From Ostreococcus lucimarinus (Eukaryota), in assembly GCA_000092065.1 (NCBI GenBank), contig CP000589.1: a stretch of DNA of 64,000 nt; one strand, 5' to 3'. Of the stretch, positions 19,162 to 28,700 are shown in pieces; the stretch's first letter is position 1; each line of letters opens with the position of its first letter. The notes beneath the pieces were generated by a model. That model saw only the letters and a program-made list of their open reading frames with translations, did not search any database and had not been told where the DNA came from. The position numbers and the translations under genes were made by a program.

Positions 19162-19875
19162 ATGGCGTCGAGCGCGCGCGACGGCGACGGCGATGGCGAC
19201 GCGAAGCGGTCGATGCGCCGCGCGGCGCGGGACGCGCTGAGACTGATGACGACGGAGGCGATGCGCGCCGCGGACGCGGCGATCGCGGGACGGTTGAGGG
19301 AGATGAAGGCGTCGGCGAACGCGCGGCGCGTCGGCGCGTACTTGGCGAGCGAACGCCTGCGAGAGTGCTCGATGGCGACGTACATCGACGACGCCGCGGT
19401 GCGAGGGGCGACGGACGACGTCATGGTTTTCGTGCCGATCGTTGACGACGCCGGGTCGTCGTCGATGCGCATGCTTCACGTGCGAGACGTCGAGGCGGAC
19501 GCGACTCGCGGCGCGTACGATTTGGCCGAGCCGCGCGAGACGTACGCGGACGGGTCGCGGCGCTTAGACGCGGTGAGGGACATCGCGAAGGTTGGCGCGT
19601 TGGACGTCGTCGTCGTTCCTGGCGTGGCGTTCGGCGAGGATGGGCGCAGACTCGGTCGCGGAGGCGGGTATTACGACGCGTTTTTGACGCGGTACGCCGA
19701 CGAGGCGGCGCGCGTCGGCGCGACGCCGCCACTCGTCGTCGCCCTCGCGTACGGGTGTCAAGTCTACCCCCCAGGTGCCGTTCCCGTGGACGCGCACGAT
19801 AAGTTAGTCGATATCATCGTCACCGAAACCCGCACGATCGCGTGCACCGACCGAGGCGTCGCCGCGGCGTCGTAA
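19162..19875 (+). CDS. MTHFS: 5-formyltetrahydrofolate cyclo-ligase family protein (MTHFS / 5-FCL).
   Basis: The family signature VVVPGVAFGEDGRRLGRGGGYYDAFL is present. An ATG at 19162 lies within ORF 18400..19875. Confidence 0.75.
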   Translation: MASSARDGDGDGDAKRSMRRAARDALRLMTTEAMRAADAAIAGRLREMKASANARRVGAYLASERLRECSMATYIDDAAVRGATDDVMVFVPIVDDAGSSSMRMLHVRDVEADATRGAYDLAEPRETYADGSRRLDAVRDIAKVGALDVVVVPGVAFGEDGRRLGRGGGYYDAFLTRYADEAARVGATPPLVVALAYGCQVYPPGAVPVDAHDKLVDIIVTETRTIACTDRGVAAAS

Positions 19876-19917
19876 CCGCCGCACTGCGGGACGCGCCGTG
19901 GCGACGGCTCGCGCGTC

Positions 19918-20832
19918 ATGTCCGACACCGTGAGCGATTTTTGGCGCCAAAAATACGAAACAGACGCGCGAAAAAACTGGGACGTCTTTTACAAGACGCA
20001 CGCGACGAATTTCTTCAAGGATCGGCACTGGTTGGCGCGCGAATGGCCGGACGTGTTCGCCAAACCTCCCGAGGAAACCGCGCTCGAGGACGTCGACGAG
20101 GACATGGGCGCGCGCGTGGACCGCGCGCGAGGTCCCGCGCCGTCGTACGCGCCTCGTGAAGACGCGCCGCGCGCGTTTCTAGAGCTCGGGTGCGGGGTCG
20201 GGAACACGGTGTTTCCGCTGCTCGAGCTCGACGCCGAAGCGACGGTGTACTGCTGCGATTTTAGTAAGCGCGCGATAGATATGGTGCTCGAACGCGCGGC
20301 GACGCTGCCGCCACGCGATCGCGATCGCGTCAAGGCGTTCGTGTGCGACGCGACGTGTGAGAGCTTGTTGGAGAACGTACCCGCCGGATGCGTCGACGTC
20401 GCCACGATGGTGTTCGCGCTGAGCGCGATGTCGCGAGAGAAGATGAAGTACTGCGTACGAAATCTATCGACCGTCATGCGAGACGGTCAACGAGGCGCAA
20501 TATGCGTTCGTGACTACGCCGCGGGGGATTTAGCGCAGGAAAGGTTCGAAGGGAAGGTGGCGGCGAATCAAAAGTTGTCGGAAAACTTTTATGTGCGACA
20601 CGACGGCACGCGCGCGTACTACTTCACAATAGAAGATTTGGTGGCTTTATTCGCCGAGGAGGGAATGGAGATGCGCGAGGTGTTCATTCATCAGCGCACG
20701 ATCACCAATAGAGCGGATTCTTTGGACATGAATAGACGATGGATCCAAGCGAATTTCGCCAGCGCAAAAATCTGTCCAATGACGTTTGCGCCTCCCGAGC
20801 GTCTCAAACCGACGACGCCGTGGGGAAAGTGA
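19918..20832 (+). CDS. METTL2/6/8-family S-adenosylmethionine-dependent methyltransferase (tRNA m3C methyltransferase-like).
   Basis: The N-terminal motif FWRQKYETDARKNWDVFYKTHATNFFKDRHW matches this family. SAM motif I is present as LELGCGVGNT. Confidence 0.8.
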   Translation: MSDTVSDFWRQKYETDARKNWDVFYKTHATNFFKDRHWLAREWPDVFAKPPEETALEDVDEDMGARVDRARGPAPSYAPREDAPRAFLELGCGVGNTVFPLLELDAEATVYCCDFSKRAIDMVLERAATLPPRDRDRVKAFVCDATCESLLENVPAGCVDVATMVFALSAMSREKMKYCVRNLSTVMRDGQRGAICVRDYAAGDLAQERFEGKVAANQKLSENFYVRHDGTRAYYFTIEDLVALFAEEGMEMREVFIHQRTITNRADSLDMNRRWIQANFASAKICPMTFAPPERLKPTTPWGK

Positions 20833-21028
20833 ACATCTGCGCATGGATGTGGTGGTGGTTGTTGAAAGTAGTACGCGTGGAACGCGTGGGGTGTTAGTGC
20901 GTTGGAACCTCTTCGGCGCGTCTTCGCGAAACCGTCTGGAAACGACACGAATGGACGAAGAACGATGCGCGCGCGTAAGCAATACGATGGTATTATTAAT
21001 GTGCAACGATCGAGGCGATACGACGAGA

Positions 21029-21760
21029 TCAATCAGCCTTCAAGAATCCCTTGGCGTCCAAATACTCGATGATTTTGTGCGCCATGTCTCGCGGCGGCGC
21101 CAAGACGCCGTCCTCCTTGGCGACTTCCATTTCAATCTCCGCGTTCACCGGTTCTTCGTACGGATCGTCGATGCCGGTGAATCCCTTAATCTTACCCGCC
21201 CGAGCAGCCTTGTAAAGCCCCTTCGGGTCGCGTTCCTCGCACACGCTCAACGGAATCTTCATGTACACCTCGACGAAGCGGTCGCCGACGCGTTCCCGCA
21301 CCGCCAACCGATCCTTCTTATACGGCGAAATGAAGCTCACGAGCGTGATCATCCCGCTATCCGCGTACAGTTTCGAAACCTCACCGATCCTGCGAATGTT
21401 CTCCTCTCGATCGGCCGCGGTGAACCCCAAATTCGAGTTCAACCCGTGTCGAATGTTGTCGCCGTCGAGCACCTGCGCGATCTTCCCTCGCTTGAACAGT
21501 TCGTGCTCGAGCGTGTACGCCACCGTGGACTTCCCCGATCCCGACAGGCCGGTGAACCAAAGCACGCACCCTCGCTGCCCGAGCGCCCTCTCGCGCGTCT
21601 CGCGATCGACCGCGCCCTCGTGCCACTTGATGTTCGTCGACTCGCCCACCTTGTACGCGTCGACCGCGCGCGCGCGCGCGTGCGTCATCGTCGCCGGCGT
21701 CGCGAGCGCGCGCGCGTCGACCGCGCGCCGCGCGAGTTCCCTCGCTCCGCGGCGAAGCAT
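21029..21760 (-). CDS. APK: Adenylyl-sulfate (APS) kinase.
   Basis: The kinase core is GCVLWFTGLSGSGKSTVA...DGDNIRHGLN...ISPYKKDR, with an Ala- and Arg-rich presequence. The start is chosen at the ATG at 21760. An alternative ATG at 21688 would give an N-terminus lacking the presequence. Confidence 0.85.
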   Translation of the reverse strand: MLRRGARELARRAVDARALATPATMTHARARAVDAYKVGESTNIKWHEGAVDRETRERALGQRGCVLWFTGLSGSGKSTVAYTLEHELFKRGKIAQVLDGDNIRHGLNSNLGFTAADREENIRRIGEVSKLYADSGMITLVSFISPYKKDRLAVRERVGDRFVEVYMKIPLSVCEERDPKGLYKAARAGKIKGFTGIDDPYEEPVNAEIEMEVAKEDGVLAPPRDMAHKIIEYLDAKGFLKAD

Positions 21761-21828
21761 GCGTCGCGCGTCGTGCGCGCGCGCGCGTGTGCGCGCGCGC
21801 GCGGGTCGACCGCGAAACCCTCGCGCGC

Positions 21829-21895
21829 GGGTCGATCGACGCGCGATCGATCGCGCGTCGATCGCGATCGACCCTCGCGCGAGTTTCGATCGCCG
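21829..21895. promoter_or_regulatory. CGATCG palindrome cluster with an adjacent AAACCCT telo-box-like motif, in the APK/VDAC bidirectional promoter.
   Basis: The cluster reads gggtcgatcgacgcgcgatcgatcgcgcgtcgatcgcgatcgaccc. The motif gaaaccctc sits at about 21815. Confidence 0.3.
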
Positions 21896-22055
21896 AAATT
21901 CGAACCTCGCCCGCGCGGGTCGAAAAAGCGCGGGAGAGGGGAACCGTCGCTGAGTCAGTGCCTTTTCACGAAGTCGCATGCGATTGCGCGCATCGCGACG
22001 CGCGACGCGACACACGGCGACGCGCGCGCTCGTAAACGACGCGCACCGACGCGAA

Positions 22056-22886
22056 ATGACGTACTTTGAAGCGCTCGGCGAAGCGCTGCGCGATTTGCTC
22101 GAACCCGCGGCGGTGGGGGCGACGAAGGTGACGACGAAGGGACCGAAGAATTCGGCGCTCGCGGACGCGGACGTGACCGTGGACGTGAACGGCGCGGCGA
22201 GAGCGATCGCGGTGGACGCGAAGCAAACGTTTGAACTGCCGATCGATGGGGTGAAGTTGGTGGCGAAGGCGAATCATCACGGGGATCTGAGCGCGGACGT
22301 GGTGGCGAGCGGATTGGCGCTGAGCGGACTCGACGTGGCGGTGGAGGGATTGGCGCGCGATACCGCGAACGCGACGATCGGGGCGAAGCTCGCGATCGAT
22401 TCCGTCGGGATCACGGCTGATTCGGCGTTGGCGGGCGGTGATATCGTCGCGAGCGCGTGCTACGCGTTCGATGATAACACCGCGCTCGGGGCCAAGGCGA
22501 CGGTGTCGCCCTCGAGCGGGGGTCTGGCCGACTGGACGCTCGCGGCCCAGCGACGAGATGGACCGACGACTTTGAGCGCGGCGTTGAGTGATGGTGGGAA
22601 TACCGTCGCTTTGGGCGTCACGAGCGAGCTCGACGCGAAGACGACCGCGGGTTTGGAAGCCAAGCTCGCGATGGGCGGAGAACGCAATTCGTTGAGCTAC
22701 GCGCTCGGCGTGAGCAAGACGCTCCAATCCGGCGACACCATGCGTGTCGTGCACTCGAATCACGGTGACACGGACGTGACATACACCACGACGCTCTGCG
22801 AAGGCGCCATCGCCACGGGGTGCTTGCGTATGGCGTCCAAGGGGCATCACTACAAGACTGGCTTCTCCGTCGCGATGGGGCAATAA
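22056..22886 (+). CDS. Putative mitochondrial outer-membrane porin (VDAC-like beta-barrel), 276 aa.
   Basis: The length is typical of VDAC. An amphipathic N-terminal helix (MTYFEALGEALRDLL) is followed by alternating hydrophobic beta-strand patterns throughout. The C-terminus ends ...YKTGFSVAMGQ. This call rests on architecture and size, not on a verified signature. Confidence 0.5.
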   Translation: MTYFEALGEALRDLLEPAAVGATKVTTKGPKNSALADADVTVDVNGAARAIAVDAKQTFELPIDGVKLVAKANHHGDLSADVVASGLALSGLDVAVEGLARDTANATIGAKLAIDSVGITADSALAGGDIVASACYAFDDNTALGAKATVSPSSGGLADWTLAAQRRDGPTTLSAALSDGGNTVALGVTSELDAKTTAGLEAKLAMGGERNSLSYALGVSKTLQSGDTMRVVHSNHGDTDVTYTTTLCEGAIATGCLRMASKGHHYKTGFSVAMGQ

Positions 22887-23091
22887 TCCCCCGCCGTTCG
22901 TCGTCGCACCAGACTCATCGAACAAATTTTGTTTTACAAAACCAACGTGTACGTTGACCGACATGAATAAATATGTCCTACCGGTCTCTTTTCTACAGAT
23001 CTACTCGTATACCCACGCCAAAGTAGGTGGCGAATAATACAATCTTGTCAATAACATGCGTATTCGTATTCAAACTTTTTGCGGTCTCTCT

Positions 23092-25281
23092 TCACTTTTG
23101 CAGCGGATTATACGCCATGGCGCTTCGGGATACATTCCGCGTGAGCGTCTGCACGTCTCTCGAGTGCTCCAGCTCGTGCGCCTTTTCCATGATGCTCTCC
23201 ATCGTGGCGTCGGCGTCGGGGAACGATGTGGAAAATCCGAGCATGGAGACGCGATGTTGCTCGTCGGAATTTCTCGGCGAATCCGAGCCAGCTTGAAGCG
23301 AGAGTTGCTTGAGACTCGCGAAAGTATCACTGTCGCCTCGCGCCGATTTATCACGCACCATTGTACTGAATCGATTTATGACTTCGAACACGTTTCGCAC
23401 GCTTTGCCGTCGCGCGCTCTTTTGATTCGACTCGTCAGGCGCCGAAGTCGACAAGACGTCCTTCTCTGCGGCTTCAACTTCGACCAGCGCTGCGTCGACG
23501 ACTTTTGCGGCTTCGAGATGCCGCTCCTCGGCGATCGCGTAGTCTTTGTTCAGCTGTGCGATTTCGTCGTCGAGTGAGCTCGCCCAAGTGTGAGCCTCGT
23601 CGGACATGTTCTTCGTGGCGTTGTATTGCTCTTCGTACACCTTGACCGCAGCGTGCGCCATCTTGCACGCAATCGTCGCTCGTTGCGCCTCCATATAGCA
23701 CACGCGCTCGTCGTCCGCGGCAGCATAATACTCCTCTATGCCGTTTTTGATTTCCTCATCGACGTCATCCAGCAAAGTACGCGTCGACGCCTCGAGCGCG
23801 CGCATCTCAGCCATGCACTGACTCGTGGCGTCATTTAACGAGGCTTCGGCGCGATCGCGTGCGGTGAGCGCGGCGGCGGCCTCGATGTCGAACACTTTAT
23901 CGATCTTCTTCGGTGACTTCCGCCCCACCGCGTCGATAGCGTTCATGAGCGCCTCTTCGAGCCTTGACGTCATCTCGTCGTACGCGGTGAACATAGTCTT
24001 CGTGACGTTGGACGCCCGCAGGGCAAACTCCTTCTGCCTAAACTCCAACAAATCAACGCTCGAGTCCATGGACGTTCGCACGGCTTGACGAAACGTCGTT
24101 AAAATACCCTTTTTGCGGTCGCGCGCGTTCTGCAACGCCGTCCGCGCGGCGTGGATTCGCGCCGAAGCCTCCGCCATGTTCACGTCGGCGGCGAGACGCT
24201 TGTCTTCCAACACTCGCGTGTTCTCAAACTCGCGATCGCGCGTCTCTTCGGCGGCTATAAACGTAGCCCGAGCGCGCGTCGCAGACGCCAGTCGTCTACC
24301 CTTCTTTTCTTTAATCTTCGTCAAGTGTTCACCGATATCCGAATGCGCCCGCTTCGTCGACTTGAGCTCCCAGAGCGCCACCGTGTGCGCGAGCTTCTTC
24401 ACCACGAGCGTCGCTTTGTGCGCCGCAGCGCGCGCATCGCCTTCTCTAGCTCGCGCGACGGTCACCATTACATCCCATGGCATCAATGTCGCCGTCTTCA
24501 CGCGTGGCGGCGTCGATACAACCGCACCGTCGTCCTCGCCGCCGTCTCCGCCGCTCGACCCCGCGCGCGGCTCGTCGTGTTCGCCTTCGCTCTTCGCGCG
24601 CGCCTCCGCTTCCGCCTCTCGCGTCGCCGCTTCCGCCTCGATCACGAGCTCACGCAGCCGCTCTTCCTCCACGCGCGCCGCCGCGAGTCTGCTCTCCATC
24701 ACGCGCGCCGCGGCCAACCGCGTATCGACGCCAATCGACAGAAACCAGTGCGCCTCCTCCTCGTGCTCCACCACCGGCACCGAGCTCGTGAAGCTTCCCC
24801 GTCGTTCGTGCGTCGGCATCCCGTAAATCGTCCCTCCGCCGACCTCGCGCCCGGAAGAATCGCTCTCGAATCCATTCCCGTGCGTCGTCGTCGCGCCGTC
24901 GTCGTCCCGTTCGCCGCCGCCGCCGCCGCCGCCGCTCGCCACCGCGCGTCCGCCGAACAGCCGTCCCCGCCATCCCTCCCCGTGTTCCTCCCCCTCGTCG
25001 TCGCTCAGTCCCGCGAACTTCACCAGCGACACCTTTCGCGTCATTCCTCGCTCCCGTCCCTCCAGATCGCGCTCGCTCCCGCACGGCGTCGTCGCCGCGC
25101 TCGACGCCGCCGTCCCGGTCGAGTGCGAATCGCGCGCGCTCGCCAATTCGCCCGCGATCGACGACGATTTCAGGATCGATCGCGCCGGCAGCGCGTGCGG
25201 GCCCGGCGGCGCGCGCTTCGTCGACGGCGCGCCCGCGCGCGCGCCGTCGCGGTCGATCGCGCGCGCGCACGCCGCGCCCAT
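23092..25281 (-). CDS. Large coiled-coil protein with a disordered Ser/Gly/Glu-rich N-terminus. It is hypothetical.
   Basis: About 430 residues of the central and C-terminal regions form a heptad-rich helix. The ORF-track start at 25335 is a GTG. The first ATG is at 25281. Confidence 0.45.
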   Translation of the reverse strand: MGAACARAIDRDGARAGAPSTKRAPPGPHALPARSILKSSSIAGELASARDSHSTGTAASSAATTPCGSERDLEGRERGMTRKVSLVKFAGLSDDEGEEHGEGWRGRLFGGRAVASGGGGGGGERDDDGATTTHGNGFESDSSGREVGGGTIYGMPTHERRGSFTSSVPVVEHEEEAHWFLSIGVDTRLAAARVMESRLAAARVEEERLRELVIEAEAATREAEAEARAKSEGEHDEPRAGSSGGDGGEDDGAVVSTPPRVKTATLMPWDVMVTVARAREGDARAAAHKATLVVKKLAHTVALWELKSTKRAHSDIGEHLTKIKEKKGRRLASATRARATFIAAEETRDREFENTRVLEDKRLAADVNMAEASARIHAARTALQNARDRKKGILTTFRQAVRTSMDSSVDLLEFRQKEFALRASNVTKTMFTAYDEMTSRLEEALMNAIDAVGRKSPKKIDKVFDIEAAAALTARDRAEASLNDATSQCMAEMRALEASTRTLLDDVDEEIKNGIEEYYAAADDERVCYMEAQRATIACKMAHAAVKVYEEQYNATKNMSDEAHTWASSLDDEIAQLNKDYAIAEERHLEAAKVVDAALVEVEAAEKDVLSTSAPDESNQKSARRQSVRNVFEVINRFSTMVRDKSARGDSDTFASLKQLSLQAGSDSPRNSDEQHRVSMLGFSTSFPDADATMESIMEKAHELEHSRDVQTLTRNVSRSAMAYNPLQK

Positions 25282-25729
25282 GATCGCGATCGGCGCGACG
25301 CGATGTGCCGCCGCGCGAACGATTCGACCGCACACCGATGCGCGCCGTCGGCGCGACGAGCGAGCGCGGCGTCGAGCGCGCGACGACCGCGACGCGCGCG
25401 ACGACGCGCGCGACGACGCGCGCGGGCATGCGTCGAGCGCGGGCGCTCGCGCGCGCGCTCGAACGGATTCGGTTGACGACGAGACGACGAGACGTGTGGA
25501 CGCGCGGCGTCGCGGACGGCGATGGCGCGGGCGCGCGGGACGGCGCGAGCGTCGCGACGAGCGATTCGCTCGACGCGCGCGCGGTCGTGGTGCGTGCGAG
25601 CGCGCGAGGGCGTCGAGGGCGAGGGATCTCTGGTGAACGCGCGCGCGGTTTGATTTTTAAAAGATTGGACGGAGGAAAGACGGGCGACGGGCGAGCGATG
25701 GCGGACTGACGACGACGACGCGCGCGCGA

Positions 25730-28700
25730 ATGATGACGCAGGATCGATTGCGCGCGGGGCTGGCGTACGAGATGAGCAATGGGTGCGCGAACGCGAAGGG
25801 GAAGGCGTTCGACGATTTTCAGAGCTTTCTCACGGCGTCGCTTCGGGAGTTGGAGCGATCGCACGCGTCGCCGATGCTCGCGCACATGGTGCGGGATTCG
25901 ACGGTGTATGGGAATTTGGACGTCGATCGACGACAGCGGTTGCTGCAGAATATGTCGACGGCGCTGCCTGGGGTGATTCAGCGCGGCGAAACGGCGCCGC
26001 CGGCGAGGTCGCCGCAGACGCCGCGAGCGTGGTCGCCGCCGAGCGCTGCGCCGGTGGTCGAGCGCGCGGGGGCGACGTCGGTAGTTTCATCGAACATGGG
26101 TGGTGTCGCGAGCGGGTCGAAGCGGACTCCGGCGGTGGCGGCTGCGAAGACGAAGGAGGACGCGCCGAAGACGAAGGCGCCGACGGTGTCGCGAGATTCG
26201 TCCGAGTTCCCCACCATTATTGTTTTCGATTTAGAGACCACCGGGTTGAGCAAGGAGAAGAGTCGAATCATCGAGCTCGCGGCGCAGTCGCTCTCGGATC
26301 CGTCCGCGGCGTTCAGCACGCTCGTGAATCCCGGTCGGTTTACGATTCCAGCCGCCATCACCTCGCTCACGGGCATCACCAACAGCATGGTGAGCGCTTC
26401 GAACGTGCCGTCGTTCGCGATGGCGGCCGAGCAGTTGGAAGCATTTATTGAAAGCGCCCGCCAGTCGCGCCCGGGGGCGCCGATCTTGCTTGTCGCGCAC
26501 AACGCGCGTCAGTTTGACGCGGCTTTTATGCAGCATGAATACCGTCGTCTTGGGCGTGAGTTGCCGTCGAGTTGGAGATTCTGTGATACCTTGCCGCTCG
26601 CGCGCGCGCTGCTGCGTCCGGAAGGATTGGCAAAGTTCAACATGGATGTCCTACGGGAATACTACGGCGTGTCGATCGATGGTGAAGACACACAAATGCA
26701 CCGCGCAGGGACGGACGCTCGAGTGTTGGCTGAAATCCTCAACAAACTACTCGAGCATCCCAATGCGAAGGACGACGAGCTTGGGTGCTTGGAGAAGTAC
26801 TCATTTTCGCTCGGCGATCCGGGCGCGGGGAGTTTGAAGCGAGCGACCGCGGATGCCAAGTCTGAGAGCGAACGCTCGTCCTACGCGGGCGGCGCGCCGG
26901 GCTGGGGCGGCGGCGGTACAGTGAACTTGAGCGACGGCGAAGAAGCCGACGTCGGTGGTGGATGGGCCGCGGTCGATGAATTCGCAAACGAAGAAAATAT
27001 GGAATTTGAGAGTGACTCGAGCTCGATGTCGTCAAACGATGTGCCTCTTCGAGGTATGCAGAAGCCGTTTTGGGCCGCCGAGGATCCCATCAACGGTATT
27101 CTCCCCGAAACTGTCGACTTTCAGAAACTCGCCGAAATCGCCGCTAAGACGGACACCTCCGAGCTTCGTCTCGACCTAGAGCGATGGAAAGAAACATCGA
27201 TCGAAGCGCTCAAGGATAAAGTCCCGAAGTCGACTATGAAGGCGCTGAAAGCCGAAGGCATCAACACCATCGAAGCCGTATTGCGCAACTGCCCGCGCAA
27301 GTATCAAGAGTACAGCGTTTGGAACAAGTCTCTCGCACAAGGCACACAAGTGACCCTCACTGGGACAGTTCGTTCGATGCAAGTGCGCGATTACATGCGT
27401 GGGCGTGCGATCCCGAACACGGTGTTGGTCGAAGTCGACGTACGCGAGGACGAACTCACGCCGACAGAGGACGATCCGTGGGGCGCAAATAAGCCTCGGT
27501 GCAAAGTTAAAGTGTGGGACTACATTTCGAAGGATGCTCGCGAAGAAATGCCGATCGGTGCTCGGGTGAGTGTCCGCGGCACTTTGGGTACGGGCGATAG
27601 GAACTGCCAGTTCAGCGTGGACGGCGGTCGTGTCGTTCCGATTGCCGCAGATGCGCCGGTATTTGCGTCCGACTCGTCGGAAATTGTCGCCACGTACGCC
27701 AAGCGTGGAGCGATGAGCAATGTTGAGTGGCATCGCGCGGTGAACGCATCGATGGACATTTTCCTAGCGAAGCTTCCCGCCGATCCCATGGAGGTATCGA
27801 TGGGCCGCGATAATCCATTGCTCGCCGAACTCGGATTGCTTTCGCATTCGGAGGCGGTGAAGAATATTCACAGGCCACGAAACGTCGAGGCTGTGGCGCA
27901 AGCGCGAGAGCGATTGGCGTTTGAAGAATTGGTTTTATTACAAGTGGCGCTTCTACAAGAACGCAGTCGTTTACAGGCGCTTCCCGTGTCCGAGTCGACC
28001 GAAGGCGTGTGCATTGTCGGCACTGCTCTCACGGACGAGTTGCGCAGCGAGTTACCGTTTGCGCTTACGCGATCTCAAGAGTCTTCACTCGAAGAAATTT
28101 TGAGCGATATGGCCGGGCCGGCACCGATGTTGCGCCTACTCCAAGGTGATGTGGGGTGCGGTAAGACTGTCGTTGCCGCCATGGCGCTCCTCGCGGCGGT
28201 CGGTGCAGGACATCAAGGCGCGTTCATGGCGCCGACTGAAGTACTCGCCACGCAGCACCACCGCGTGCTCACGGATTTGCTTTCACAAATGCGAGATCCA
28301 CCGAAAGTGGCGTTACTCACTGGTTCAACGAAAACTGCTGAACGTGCGCAAATTCTCGAGGATTTGAATGACGGAAAGATTGGAATTATTGTTGGCACGC
28401 ACGCTTTGATTCACGAAAAAGTTGTATTCAGCTCACTCGGCATCGCCGTCGTCGATGAACAGCATCGTTTTGGCGTGGAGCAACGCGCTGGATTATTGGC
28501 AAAAGGTAAGCTCCCACCGCACATGCTTACCATGAGCGCAACGCCGATTCCGCGCACACTCGCGATGACAAAGTTTGGCGAGATGGCTTTGAGCGTCATC
28601 GACGAGAAACCCGCTGGCCGTTTGCCAATCATCACAACGGTGTGCGGTGTCGACGAGCACTCGCAAGCCTACGATTCGATGTGCGAAGAAGTGAGCCGCG

